From Octopus vulgaris (lineage: Eukaryota): a stretch of 64,000 bases of DNA. Below the pieces are notes generated by a model. It did not search any database. It was not told where the DNA came from and worked only from the letters and a program-made list of their open reading frames with translations. Position 1 is the first letter of the stretch; each line of letters starts with the position of its first letter. The position numbers and the translations under genes were made by a program. The DNA lies in contig OX597839.1 of assembly GCA_951406725.2 (NCBI GenBank), forward strand, positions 25,048,001-25,112,000. Direction: 5' to 3'. Positions 50,880 through 64,000 of this stretch are shown here, piece after piece.

Positions 50880-51103
50880 ACACAGTGTAGGTAAAAATGC
50901 ACAGGAGTCTTTAGTCATCTGTCAAGTCACAACAAGGACCTCAGACAGATGATACTTTCCTTAAGATGTGCACTGTGCCCAATAAGGCTGCTTTTTGCAA
51001 GGCATCAATCTTGCATGGAATTTCCAGTTGCCTTAAGAAGTCTTGAAGTTTCAATGGGATTGAGCCCAACACTCCGGTCACCACTGGCATCACTTTTACA
51101 TTA
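50880..51103 (-). mobile_element. Second Dong/R4-family 3' fragment next to (TAA)n
   Basis: VKVMPVVTGVLGSIP...LQKAALLGTVHILRKV. Confidence 0.75.
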
Positions 51104-51174
51104 ATATTATTATTATTATTACTATTATTATTATCACCATTATCGTCATTATTATATGATCTATTATTATTATC

Positions 51175-51231
<57 letters not shown>

Positions 51232-51272
51232 TATTATTATCATTATCACCATTATCATTATTATTATTATTA

Positions 51273-51312
<40 letters not shown>

Positions 51313-52327
51313 CATTATTATTATGTTATCGTCTTGTTAGATACGGTAACTTCTGAGCAAAGAAATCTCTGTCTAGCAGGAAGACAGCTATGCTAATTGC
51401 AGATTTGATCATCATCGTTAATTGTGCCTCGTTCGTCTTCACTTCCAATTAAATACAAACACCAGAAAACTTCATAGACAATTATCTGGTTGCTGTAAAC
51501 TCTTACATTGATACAAGTCACCCTTTAATTAGGTTTGCTCATTAATAGTTATTTTAATTACCGTCTTTGATGCTACTTTCTTTGGCTACTCATTATTTGC
51601 TTCCTCCTACTAAATATACCGTTATTTTCATATATGTTGGGAGTCTAGACACATGGTTCATAACTGGGATCCATGTGACCCCTTGGGGGTTCATTTAAGG
51701 TTTTGTTGTTAAAGTTTAAGGGCAACAAACTGGTTCTATTGTTACAATAAATAAAACATTTTAACGAATTTTTATACAAAAGGCGGCGAGCTGGCAGAAA
51801 CGTTAGCACGCCAGGCGAAATGCGTTACATTCTAGGTTCAAACCTCGCTGAGGTCGACTTTGCCTTTCATCCTAAATGGCGGTTGTCCAGCATGGCCACA
51901 GCTCGTGAGCTGAAACTAGAATCAATCAATTCCTAATATTTAATTATAAACATAGGTGCAGCGTGGCTGTGTGGTAAGAAGCTTGCTTTCCAGCCACATG
52001 GTTCTGGGTTCAGTTCCACTGCGTGGCATTTTGGGCAAGTGTCTTGTGAGTGGATTTGATAGACGGAAACTAAAAGAAGCCTGTCATATATATGTATATA
52101 TGTGTGTGTGTGTTTGTGTGTCTGTGTTTGTCTCCCTAGCATTGCTTGACAACTGATGCTGGTGTGTTTACGTCCCCGTCACTTAGCGGTTCGGCAAAAG
52201 AGACTGATAGAATAAGTACTGGGCTTACAAAGAATAAGTCCCGGGGTCGATTTGCTCGACTAAAGGAGGTGCTCCAGCATGGCCGTGGTCAAATGACTGA
52301 AGCAAGTAAAAGAAAGAAAGAAAGAAA

Positions 52328-52372
<45 letters not shown>

Positions 52373-52477
52373 TTAGAGACAATATATAATATATATATAA
52401 TATTAATTAGAGACAAAAACCACTATTTTGCAAAACAAACAATTTCATAATTTGAAACTGACTTGAAAATCGGAAAT

Positions 52478-52520
52478 CCACCTGAAGATTGTCGATCAAG
52501 ACATGAAACAATTGTAGTGG
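52478..52520 (+). ncRNA. Minimal type-I hammerhead ribozyme motif, canonical core
   Basis: ccac CTGAAGA t tgtc gatcaa gaca t GAAA caattg TA gtgg. It lies between inverted arms 52399-52442 and 52569-52612 in an element embedded in (TA)n. Confidence 0.75.
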
Positions 52521-53938
52521 CAGTTTTTTTACTTTTTATTAAAATTTTATGTATTGATTAAGTCTTTCCTTGTTTGTTTTGCAAAATAGCGGTTTTGTCT
52601 CTAATTAATATTATATAATATTTTACTATAAAATTGGATTTAATCCTAAATCTGATTTTTTTCCCTGTAAATTTGGATTTATTCCTAATATTTATTATAT
52701 ATATATATATATATATATATGACGGGCTTCTTTCAGTTTCCATCTACCAAATCCTCTCACAAGGCTTTGCTTGGCCCAGAGGCTAGAGTAGAAGACACTT
52801 GCCCAAGGTGCCATGCAGCTATATACAGGATGATGATGATGATGATGATGATGGTGGCTGTCCACCTGTGACCCAGGAAGACCATCACTGACAATTTCCC
52901 GTGCAAAATGCCAGCAATGACCATGCCTGAGGTTGATGCACCTGGGTTCACACCCTTAGCCCCCGAATTTTCCGCAGTGCCCTCCTACTCAACCAAGCAT
53001 CAGATAGTTGTCTTGCTGTAGATTGCATAACCTTAAATTTTAGGTCCAACCAGACTTGTACAGCACCTCACAGAACCCCCTATCGCCCTCTCTGCCCTAC
53101 TGACATGATCCACAGATGAGCCAGGGCAAGATATCCAGTGCCAATATGGGTTGCAGTCTTAGGAATGTAGGAGTGGCATGATCTCAAGTGCAAGCCAAGA
53201 TCCCTAAAATGTTCAGTGCCGTTCCCTGCATATCATCATCATCATCATCATTTAACGTCTGATGTCCATGCTGGCATGGGTTTGACGGTTTGACCAGGGT
53301 TGGTTAACTGGAAGGTCGCACCAGACTCCAGTCTGATTTAACATGGTTTTCTATGGCTGGATGCCCTTCCTAACACCAGCCACTCCAGGAGCGTAGTGGG
53401 TGCTTTTATGTGCCATCGGCACAGGTGCCATTTGCATGACAGCAGTATGTTGTGACTACGATTTCATTTGATGCTTCTATGTTCCACCAGCATCAGCTGC
53501 TTTGCCTCTGTGAGGCCCAATGCTCAAAAGGTGTTTTTTACAGGCCACTGGCATGGTTGTCAGTTACATGACACCGACATCAGCAACAACAACGATTTCA
53601 CTTGGCATTCGGGGTTTTCTTCTCAAGCATGGTATAATGCCAAGGGTTTCGGTGATTTGTCATTGCCTCCATGAGGCCCAATACTCGAAAGATGCTTTTA
53701 ATGTATTACTGGCACAGTTGCCAGTTATGGGACACCGGCATTGGCCACGACTATGATTTCACTCGGTTTGACAGGGCTTCTGGTTTTGTATCAGAGTGAT
53801 CTTCTCCCAGAAACATCCTTTAGCAATAGCTAAGGGGTTCCTCACTCCCATTGGTCTTCCAGTATGCTGGACACTAGCCTGGAATTTCTGAGGCCCCTAC
53901 ACACAATTTTTTTCTCTCATTGTTTCTTTTCTGTGTAT

Positions 53939-53974
53939 CTTTCTGTCGAAGAGCGTAGGCTCGAAATGTAAAAG
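53939..53974 (+). ncRNA. Minimal hammerhead-like motif (core CUGUCGA) in a repeat at 53900-54075
   Basis: cttt CTGTCGA a gagc gtag gctc GAAA tg TA aaag. Confidence 0.55.
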
Positions 53975-55609
53975 ACTTGTTTTATTTCTATTCCTGAGCG
54001 CCATACTAATACATTTGTTTGTTTGTACTCCACCTGCCTTCGTCTTTTTTTTATTTTCGTAAACCTTCCCGTTATATACAGGCATACACAGACACGCATA
54101 TATACAGACATGCATACATATACTCACACAAAAGAGAGGAACTTGAATTTGATTCGGTAGTACTTTAAAAAAGCAACCCACCTCTGATGAAGTGCTGGCC
54201 CACAGCTGTTCCTGGATCATAATTATTCATGTAAGAGTATCACTATTATCATCATCATCATTTAACATCCGTTTTCCACGCTGGCATGGGTTGGACGGTT
54301 TGACCGGAGCTGGTTAGGCCAGGGGCCGCACCAAGCTCCGTTGGCTGTTTTGGCATAACTCAGCAACTAACAGCTGTTGTCACGGCACAGAAACAAAAGT
54401 TGTAATTTGTAATTAAAGCTTGCTTTTTCCATCTTCTATAAATTTATACACACACGAACGCACGCACATATCCATGCATATATGTAATCTTTTTTCTTTT
54501 TCTTTTTTTTACTTGTTTCAGTCATTTGACTGCGGCCATGCTGGAGCACCGCCTTTAGTCGAACAAATCGACTCTGGGACTTATTCTTTGTAAGCCCAGT
54601 ACTTATTCTATCGGTCTCTTTAGCCGAACCGCTAAGTGACGGGGACGTAAACACACCAGCATCGGTTGTCAAGCAATGCTAGGGGGACAAACACAGACAC
54701 ACAAACATATACACACACATATATATATACATATATACGACAAGCTTCTTTCAGTTTCCGTCTACCAAATCCACTCACAAGGCATTGGTCGGCCCGGGGC
54801 TATAGTAAAGACACTTGCCCAAGATGCCACGCAGTGGGACTGAACCCGGAACCATGTGGTCGGTAAACAAGCTACTTACCACACAGCCACTCCTGCGCCT
54901 ATAATCTGTTGTGGTTCTTAGTGAAAAACCGAAGAGTATTCAACTATGAACGCAGTGAAAGGCTATAAAATAGTTTAATGGTGACTAAACTAACAAGCGA
55001 TTTGGCCATGACACGACTCTGAGTTTCGCTATGAAGTGTGAAAATTATCACCTTCCCACGAAACCCCCGAGTTATAGCAATCGCTTGTTACTAAAACCGT
55101 CATTAACCACTGTGTGTGTATGGGTTGTTTCTTATATCATGTAATATCCTCAAGCGACGTAATCATTCGTTTTCCGCCAAAATGCCCACATCTCAAGCAA
55201 GCACACACACACACAAACACTATACTCAGTCATTCATACACCCACACATACATACACACACATACACACGTGTTATCGGTTACACGTAACTGAAAACAAT
55301 CTTTGCTCATCACACCACGCTTTTAACTATTATTTCTTTCGCTCCAATACACCCTTATACACACACACACACGCGGCTACACGATGGAAGTAATCCAATT
55401 TATATAGACCTTACCTTCCTCTATAATATACACATGTATGTACGTACGTACGTATGTATACACCCGTTCATTAGCTCTCCCCCGCCGCTCGCTCTTCGTC
55501 CTCCACCCCTTTTACTTACCAACGGCAAATCATCAGAAATTCAACTGGAAAATTTACAATTAACTTTGCCTTGTTAACAGGCCAGTCATTAAATCTGCTT
55601 CTTTTCTCT

Positions 55610-55717
55610 TTAAAAACACACACAAACACACACACACACTCTCTCTCTCTCTCTCTCTCCTTATTCATACGATTTCCTTTTCTTTCTCTCTCTCTCTCTC
55701 TTCTTATTCATACGATT

Positions 55718-55755
<38 letters not shown>

Positions 55756-56264
55756 TCTTTTCCTTTACTTTCTCTTTATTACTCTTACTCCTACTCTTTT
55801 TTCCTTTTCTTCCCTCCCTCTCTCTTACTTATTTTTGCGATTTCCTTTTCTGTCTCTCTCTCTCTCTCTCTTTCTATTACTCTTTCTCTATCTCTCTTCT
55901 TACTATCTCAGTTTATCCCTCTCTCTCTCTCTTACTCTATTTCTTTCTCTCTTATTCTATCTCTATCTGTCTCTCTTATTATTTCCTCTCTCTCTCTCTC
56001 TTTGTCTTTTCCTTTACTTTCTCTTTATTACTCTTACTCCTACTCTTTTTTCCTTTTCTTCCCTCCCTCTCTCTTACTTATTTTTGCGATTTCCTTTTCT
56101 GTCTCTCTCTCTCTCTCTTTCTATTACTCTTTCTCTATCTCTCTTCTTACTACCTCAGTTTATCCCTCCCTCTCTCTCTTACTCTCTTATTCTATTTCTC
56201 TATCTGTCTCTCATTATTTCCTCTCTCTGTCTCTCTTACTCTATTTCTCCATCTCTTATTGTTC

Positions 56265-56300
<36 letters not shown>

Positions 56301-56591
56301 TCTATTTCTCTGTCTTATTTCCTCTCTCTCTTTCTTATTTCTACGATTTCATTTTCTCTCTCTCTCTCTCCTTATTCATACGATTTCCTTTTCTTTCTCT
56401 CTCTCTCTCTCCTTCTTATTCATACGATTTCCTTTTCTCTCTCTCTCTCTCTCTCTCTCATCTTTACTATTTCTCTCTTTCTTACTCTTTGCATTCCCCC
56501 CTCTCTCTATGACTAGTTCTTACTCTTACTCTATTTCTCCATCTCTTATTGTTCCCTTTCTCTCTCTCTCTACGTTCTTTCTACGATTTCT

Positions 56592-56626
<35 letters not shown>

Positions 56627-56972
56627 TATTCATACGATTTCCTTTTCTTTCTCTCTCTCTATCTCCTTCTTATTCATACTATTTCCTTCTTCTCTCTCTC
56701 TCTCTCTCTCTCTCTAGTTCTTTCACTATTTCTCTCTTTCTTACTCTTTGCATCTCCCCCCTCTCTCTATGACTAGTTCTTACTCTTATTTCACTTCCTC
56801 TCTTACACCCTTACTATTTCCTTCTTACTACCCCCCTCTCTCTCTCTCTCTCTCTCTCACTAGTTCTTTCTTCTCTATTTCTCCTTCTATTGCTCTCTCT
56901 CTCTCTCTCTCTCTCTCTACATTTATATCTTAGTCTCTCTTTCTTCTTCTACAATTTCACTCTTGCTCTTAC

Positions 56973-57011
<39 letters not shown>

Positions 57012-57185
57012 TTCTCTTATGAGTTCATGTCTTACTCTCTTATGTAACAAGCGATTTCCTTACTCTTTCTACTTTCTCTTTCTCTCGATATGTGTGTGTG
57101 TGTGTGTCTCCCTCTCTGTTACTCCGTTTCTGTCTATCTACTTTCCCTCCCCTTCTTTCTCTCTCTCTCTCTCTCTTACTCTGCC
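55610..57185. repeat. ~1.6-kb (CT)-rich polypyrimidine tract with internal ~250-bp duplications
   Basis: Almost G-free plus strand. Segment 55752-55990 is repeated at ~56000-56230, and the motif cttattcatacgatttcctttt recurs. Confidence 0.9.
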
Positions 57186-57745
57186 TCTATCTCCACATCC
57201 CACCCCCGCCAGCCTCACTCACTTCTCACCATCTTCAAAGACATTCAACGTTGAAAGATGTGAACAAACTGTTGCTGTTGTTGTTATTGTTGTAGTCGCC
57301 ATTATTGCGTTATTGTCGGCTTTGCTCTTTTTTTAAAAATTTTCTTTGTTCTCTTTGATTTCTTCAGCTTTGTTGAGTAAACAAACATCTAAAACTTGAT
57401 TAGAAAAATCTGTGAAGACATCTTTATATATGTAAATGTATGTATGAGCTCTGCATGTCTTATACGCACACACATTTATATATATAAACTTAAAATTATA
57501 TACAATTACACGTTCTGTTCGCTCCCCCCCCACCACCACCATTTAATGTCGTACAAATGGTATAATCTTCAGTTATATTATGAAAACTTAATATGCACTC
57601 GCCCAAACATACTACACACACATTGTCCTCACACACACTTTAGCCTTCCATTCAACCACTTCCTTCCAGTTCATTCGACATGTAAACCCGTTAATCCAGA
57701 CACGTTTTTCTCTGTTTCTCCGTTTCCCCCCACGCTCCTTATTCG

Positions 57746-57779
57746 TTTCTGACGAAGAGCGTAGGCTCGAAACGTCAAA
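57746..57779 (+). ncRNA. Minimal hammerhead ribozyme motif, canonical core, GUC triplet
   Basis: ttt CTGACGA a gagc gtag gctc GAAA cg TC aaa, within a repeat at 57710-57900. Confidence 0.75.
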
Positions 57780-58901
57780 GACTCTTCCATTTTTCCTAAG
57801 CGTCAAACTATTACACCTTGTTTGTTATTCCCTCACCGGTTTCTGTCTTCTGGGGGATGATTTTTTGTCATTTTTTTTTTTTGTATATTTGAACCATATA
57901 TTACAGTTAAATCCCAGCATTGCTTCAGCATGATATTATAGATCCTCCGTTAGATATTGTTGGAACGACAGCTGAACAGTGGTGGTTAAGAGGTTACTTT
58001 TAACTAACTGGTACTCCATCGGTTACGACGACGAGGGTCCCAGTTGATCCAATCAACGGAACAGCCAGCTCGTGAAATTAGCACGCAAGTGGCTGAGTAC
58101 TCCACAGACACACATACCCCTCACTTAGATCTCAGAGAGATTCAGCATGATACAGAATGTGACAAGGATGGTTCCCTTTGAATTACAGGTACAATTCATT
58201 CTTGCCAGATGAGTGGACTGAAATGAAATGAAATGATTTGCTCAAGGTCACAACGCATCACCGGGAATTGAACTCACGACCTTATTATTGTGAGCCGAAT
58301 GCCCTAACCACTAAGCCGCGTGCCTTCACTATGAGATTACGACTGCGGCCATGCTGGAGCACCGCCTTTAGTCGAGCAAATCGACCCCGGGACTTATTCT
58401 TTGTAAGCCCAGTACTTATTCTATCGATCTCTTTTGCCGAACCGCTAAGTGACGGGGACGTAAACACACCAGCATCGGTTGTCAAGCAATGCTAGAGGGA
58501 CAAACACAGACACACAAACATATACATACACATACATATATATACATTTATACGACAGGCTTCTTTCAGTTTCCGTCTACCAAGTCCACTCACAAGGCTT
58601 TGGTCGGCCTGAGGCTATAGCAGAAGACACTTGCCCAAGGTGCCACGCAGTGGGACTGAACCCAGAACCATGTGGTTGGTAAGCAAGCTACTTACCACAC
58701 AGCCACACAGCAGGCGTGGCTGCATGGCAAGAAGTTTGCTTCCCAACCACATTGTTTCGGGTTCAGTTCCCTTGAGTGGCAAACTTAAGCAAGTGTCTTC
58801 TACTATAGCCTTGGGCCGACCAAAAGATTGAGTGGATTTGGTAGACGGCAATTGAAAGAAGCCCATTGCATACACACACACACGCACACACACACATACA
58901 C

Positions 58902-58948
<47 letters not shown>

Positions 58949-59018
58949 CGCCATGCTGGACCGCTGAGATCTTCAAGTTTTTTTTTCATTCTCTCTTTCT
59001 GTTTATTTTCTCTTATTC

Positions 59019-59054
59019 CTTTCTGTTGAAGAGCATAGGCTCGAAATGTAAAAG
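59019..59054 (+). ncRNA. Minimal hammerhead-like motif (core CUGUUGA) in a repeat at 58960-59140
   Basis: cttt CTGTTGA a gagc atag gctc GAAA tg TA aaag, followed by (TA)n. Confidence 0.55.
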
Positions 59055-59135
59055 ACTTTCTCACTTTCCTGAGCGTCAAACTAATACACCTGCTTGTTGT
59101 TTATACACCTGTCTTCGTTTTTTGTTTTTCTATAA

Positions 59136-59183
<48 letters not shown>

Positions 59184-59187
59184 TTAA

Positions 59188-59238
59188 TTTGTCAAAATAT
59201 TTTCATCGCTTTGAAACCGCGACCTGTTCACTGGCAAA
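59188..59238 (-). ncRNA. Hammerhead-like motif, G3-C8 compensated core variant
   Basis: tttgcca GTGAACA g gtcgc ggtttcaaa gcgat GAAA atat TT tgacaaa. A partial inverted copy lies at 59308-59470. Embedded in (TA)n. Confidence 0.6.
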
Positions 59239-59267
59239 ATACCCTGCTATTGTACATCTAGTGTACG

Positions 59268-59306
<39 letters not shown>

Positions 59307-59467
59307 TAGCGATGAAAATATTTTGACAAATTAAATTTAAATGTTGAAGTGGGTCTAACGGTTTTTGTGTGTTTGTAAATGGCTTATAAACACCTTCTAC
59401 GCTGTAATTGTTTTTGTTTCAGCACACATTCTCTGATCAAGTCACTTGCTATGCAAGTACATCTCCG

Positions 59468-59534
<67 letters not shown>

Positions 59535-59554
59535 GTTACATTACTCGATAGTCA

Positions 59555-59616
59555 AGATAAACTCTGAGTTTCAGATGCCGAAGTGGGAATCCACGCCGCC
59601 ATCTCTTCGGTTATCT
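59555..59616 (-). ncRNA. Hammerhead-like motif (core CCGAAGA, U4C)
   Basis: agataa CCGAAGA gatg...catc t GAAA ctc a gag TT tatct. The element at 59530-59720 lies between (TA)n and (CA)n. Confidence 0.45.
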
Positions 59617-59717
59617 GGCTATTATCTGGAAAATGTAACATATTATTATAGATAAATTTCCTCTATTTACACAATATTGAGGTCTCTTTCTTTCTTTTGT
59701 TATCTTACCGTTTTACC

Positions 59718-59801
<84 letters not shown>

Positions 59802-60568
59802 CACACACACACACACACACACACATAAACACGCATACAGACATATGTATATAAAAAGCAAGTCCCCTTGACATTACCGATTTCCATAGCATATAAGCGT
59901 CTGAGATAACCCTATATCTGCTGGATGTAGTCTTATATCCGCCATTCTTTTTGCAGAGTCGCTCGATTGTAGCTGAGCCAACTGGGGCAATGGTGAAATG
60001 AAATGCTACGCTCAGGAACACAATGCACTGCCCGGTCCGGAAATCAAACCACCAAACCAACCACCTTCGCATGTTTGTGTCAGTGCCGTAGCTAATAGGG
60101 GATCAAGAGGAACGACCCCCGCCGGCGAGCTCGTCTTTGAAAACTGGTGCCTTTTCAAGAATTTTTTTTTAACCCTTTAAGTTCACTTGTGCAATAAAAG
60201 TCGAATCTCTTCCGTTTTTTTTTTTGTTTGTTTATGGCATGGCCTTGGAAGAACCTTCTGGAATTGTTTATTTGACCGACCTTCCGTGTTCTTGGACTGT
60301 CGACTCAGTCTTCTGTGATGTGTTGGCGGCTGGTATCTGAAGGACCAAAACAAGCCATGACGTCATAACCTCTCCACATTGAACGATCCGGAGGAGTTTC
60401 ATCTTTTTCATGTCGCACCTATATCTAAGTTTCATGCATAGTCACATTGTTACTCAAGCATGATATTAATGAATGTAGAATATAGTTACATTCAAAATGT
60501 GACCGCGTGTGTACCGTTGGCGATTTTTTCCCTCTGTCTTCCCTTCTCTGGATCTTTCCTTCTCCTAT

Positions 60569-60603
60569 GTTTTCGACGAAGAGCTCCGCTCGAAACGTTA
60601 AAC
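60569..60603 (+). ncRNA. Hammerhead-like motif (core UCGACGA) in a repeat at 60510-60700
   Basis: gttt TCGACGA a gagc tcc gctc GAAA cg TT aaac. Confidence 0.4.
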
Positions 60604-60748
60604 CCTCCTTCTTCCCTTCCTTCCTGAGCGTCCAATAATACTATAATTGTTCCACGTCCTCGCGTTGTTGTGTTTTCATGTTTGGATTAACTTTATATAG
60701 TTACATATATTATAACTGAATGAAATATTTCGCGTAATATAAGAGAAA

Positions 60749-61145
60749 TCTTTATATATAAAAGTGAGGTTGTGTGCTGTCTGTCTCCTACGATTTAGAT
60801 TCCTAACTACTCCCACATTTTGCGGTGCAGTTTAACCAAAACCGGGTATCTTATAGTCGTGATTCATATCGAGCCTTTCTGGGTATTAGCGTGCGTCTAC
60901 GATGAGTCTACGATTAAAAAAAAAAATTACCATCAATTTTTCCCATTTTTAATGCATTTTTGGCATATATAAGGGAAGTAACTCTCTAAAAATTTATTAT
61001 TAAATCTCAGAATGTAAAAAGCTACAGTAACACTCCCCCTTTTGTGGTTAGCCATATTGAGATGGCTATTATACCTTACATCTCTAAAAATGCTTATATA
61101 GTTATTTCCCTTACAAACCCGAGCAACGCCGGGCGATACTGCTAG
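60749..61145 (+). mobile_element. Non-autonomous Helitron
   Basis: A|TC start, cccgagcaacgccggg hairpin, CTAG|T end. The 3' part is shared with 19044-19165. Confidence 0.8.
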
Positions 61146-61225
61146 TTAGTTATAAATCGTTTGGTATGTGTCACAGCGCTTTTTTTTATGTGCTCACCCT
61201 CCCTCACTTTAGAACGTGGCTACGC

Positions 61226-61267
<42 letters not shown>

Positions 61268-61464
61268 GTTCTGTACATCTGAGGATGTAGGCATGTGTCT
61301 GTTCCCACGAAACTTTAATAGGAAGCTGAGTCAATTGTTTATAAAACACTTAAGTCTCTAAATGTGTTGAACGCTCCTTTCATTCGTTTGTCCATTTACT
61401 CGTGTGTGTGTGTGCGTGTTTGTGAGTGACATTTTTCGATAAGTCCTTGCTCTCTCTTTAATGA

Positions 61465-61660
61465 CTAATGCGTGATTCGTCCACTGCTTATATAGCAAGG
61501 CCGTGCGACGACCACGTAGGAAATTCCCTCGTTAGCTCACAGTTCAAAAGCCGGTCGGTGAGTGTTCATTATACAAGACACAGAAAAGATGGCGCCTTAG
61601 CGATCTCGGAAACACACAATCGATCATTACTGTATACATATATCCATAACACGGCGTAAT
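61465..61660 (+). promoter_or_regulatory. Candidate promoter / CpG-enriched island
   Basis: Local CpG excess, ttatatag at ~61488, GGGAATTTCC (minus, 61519-61528), TACGTG (minus, 61513-61518), possible donor g|gtgagt at ~61558, and a YY1-like AAGATGGCG at 61586-61594. No linked CDS was identified. Confidence 0.3.
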
Positions 61661-61924
61661 AAAATAATTCTTAAGTATGTCGATGATTAAATAGAGAAGA
61701 CAAATATATATATATATATATGAGCAAAAATAATTTCGCTTCTAGTGACAAAGGCACCTTCCATATTGATTTTGGTAGAAGAAACAAACGTGAGCAATGT
61801 GTTATAAGGATTCCATAGAAGGTGAGGTGAGGTGGGGGGAGGCGACAGGAGGAAAAGGAAGAGGTAAGAACTGAGAAGAATGACGAAGTATGGAAGAAGC
61901 CGGAGGAAATAATAACATTAGGAC

Positions 61925-61991
<67 letters not shown>

Positions 61992-64000
61992 ACAACAATG
62001 GCGATGGAATAAATTGCATTCATTCCAAAAAGAATGAGCTAGTTGTTGTTGCTGAGATCCAGGTCAGCTTTCATCATCCCATCTGTTTGTATTGTTAAAT
62101 GTGTCCTTCCTGTTTTTAATATGGCAGATGGTGAGCGAAAAAGAGGTTTAGCTGCTATTTCTAGTATCTTGGTTGACCATGAACTGTGTCTCTCAAAAAA
62201 GGCGCTAGATGTTGTTTAGTCCTCCAGAGTCAGCAAACTTCTGATGAAAGTCACTCCGACCGTGACCAACTCGTCTTAGCTGTATCTAGAACTGCACTGT
62301 TCAATGTGAAGGGAGATTTGAGATAGATTTGGTGGTGGTGGTGGTGGTGATGGAGTGTTTGAGAAATGCAAAGATGGCGGAGGGTTCTGTATCGAAGCAT
62401 TGAGCTGAATGAGATGATAGTGAAAAAGGAAGATTTTTCTTCCTCACTTTTCTCTCATTTTTTGTTTGTTCTATCATCTGTTTTGAAAAATATTTCAAAA
62501 ATCTGAGGCGGAGTTTGTTTAGAGATGTAAGGATTTGAACTGTAAGAGCCGAAGGTGGGAAAAACGTACTTGTGTGTGTGAATGGGGAGAGAGAAAGAGA
62601 AGACACTTTGATAGACGAATTTTAGGTTTAGGAAGTGGTTGAAAAAGATTAACTTGAATTAGAAAGGGAAGAATAGAGAAGAATGTTAATGAGGCTCTCT
62701 ATGGGTAACGTACATACGTGTGTGTGTTGTAACTTGACTCCATATTGTAATGCGGTGCGTATGGAGTGACTGCAATGCCATATTGTTTGGCTGTTGTTTA
62801 ATACCAATCCTTCCTCTACCACGCACATACTTATCTATAACAACAACAATACTGAAAAAATAATAACGAAATACATTAAAAGCACAAAGAAAAACTGACG
62901 CAGAATAATGTATTTTATTCACGGTGGACTATCAAAAGTCACATCTGACAACTTGTAATGTAATTGACGACAACAATAAGGCAGCAACGGAGACAAAGCA
63001 TTATTGAGCCAAACTTCAACCTTTCTCAGCCACCAATTAAGTAATAAATATTTATAGCTGCAAGGCAAAAGGAAGTATCTCTAACACATACAGATAATAA
63101 TCGATGTTAATAATAATAATAATAATAATGATGATGATGACGACTGAATGAATTCAAAAATAATCATAAAATGGCCGACCGAAAATGCCTTCCTTTCTCT
63201 GCGAATGAATAAAATTATTCACTATATTTATTAGCTTTCTGCCACACATTACCCACCAGCACCATCATCATTGGCACCATATCTGTTTAGTTAGATATTT
63301 GTTGCACTTGTTTCATATTCTTGTCCGTTTTTGCTTTCTTTTGTGTTGTTGCAGCTTTTGTCGCCATTGCTATTGCCACTAAAAACTGTTATTGTATTAT
63401 TGTTGTTGCTATCGCAGTAGTGTTGCTATTGTTGTGATTGTGAGCTTGCGTTTCTTGTTATTGCTATGTGTCTCCCGTTATGTTTGCCGTGACTATTCAA
63501 GTTGCTAATGCTTGTTTGAATAGGTGAGATTAATAGAGATAAATCTCTCCAGATAAGTTTAACTCGTGCCGCAAACGTAGCTTCCAGAGATATAGGAACT
63601 GTTAGCTAGATGAATGCCAAGTCTTCAGAGATTCCAAACGACCCAATTGTAAGAATTGAAATGTCGTTTAGATAAAGTACCAGGCTACAAGCTTAGTCCT
63701 CCTTCCGTTCAAATCTATTCCAGGCGTTTTGTAATGCAGATGAGCAGTTCATATAGGTTTATCTATCTCGTTATTGACAGTTAAGCACCAGATTATCTGA
63801 ATATGTTACTGGGCAGAGAATTGCATCGTATCTGGGGAAAGACGTTTTATTACGCCTCATTTAACATCTTAAAACATTTGACATGTTCCCATGGGTGTCA
63901 GACAAGTGGCCATGTTAGCTTAAACCAGAAATGATTGTCAGACTATAAAGAGCGTAGACTCATGTATTTCTTTGACATACAGTGAACAAATGTACGAAAG

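Noticed and set aside
55571-56772. 313-aa and 339-aa Leu/Ser/Phe-rich membrane-like ORFs
   Set aside because: They are translations of a (CT)-rich low-complexity tract.

Overview
AT-rich, microsatellite-dense animal genomic DNA. The tRNA-derived SINE families and repeat landscape suggest an octopus/cephalopod; this is an inference. There is one 100-N scaffold gap (5532-5631). Two spliced genes can be rebuilt with phase-consistent GT-AG junctions and lie tail-to-tail. The first is the last three coding exons of a ZMYND12-like gene (+; 7901-8021, 8971-9116, 11027-11128). The second is a complete 4-exon gene (-; 21923-11437) for a 165-aa secreted protein with two CBM14/peritrophin-A chitin-binding domains. 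The rest is mostly mobile DNA: four SINE-type families; RTE, CR1, Dong/R4, CRE and Penelope remnants; mariner and DD37D-like remnants; hAT, piggyBac and Merlin-like MITEs; Helitron/Helentron derivatives; and tandem arrays. The most striking hidden signal is about 15 minimal type-I hammerhead-ribozyme-like motifs in short Penelope-pLTR-like elements, mostly next to (TA)n tracts. They include canonical cores, a G3-C8 compensated core (GUGAACA), recurrent A6U and U4C core variants, and one motif with a ~77-nt stem II. All identifications are by eye; no database searches or folding programs were run.
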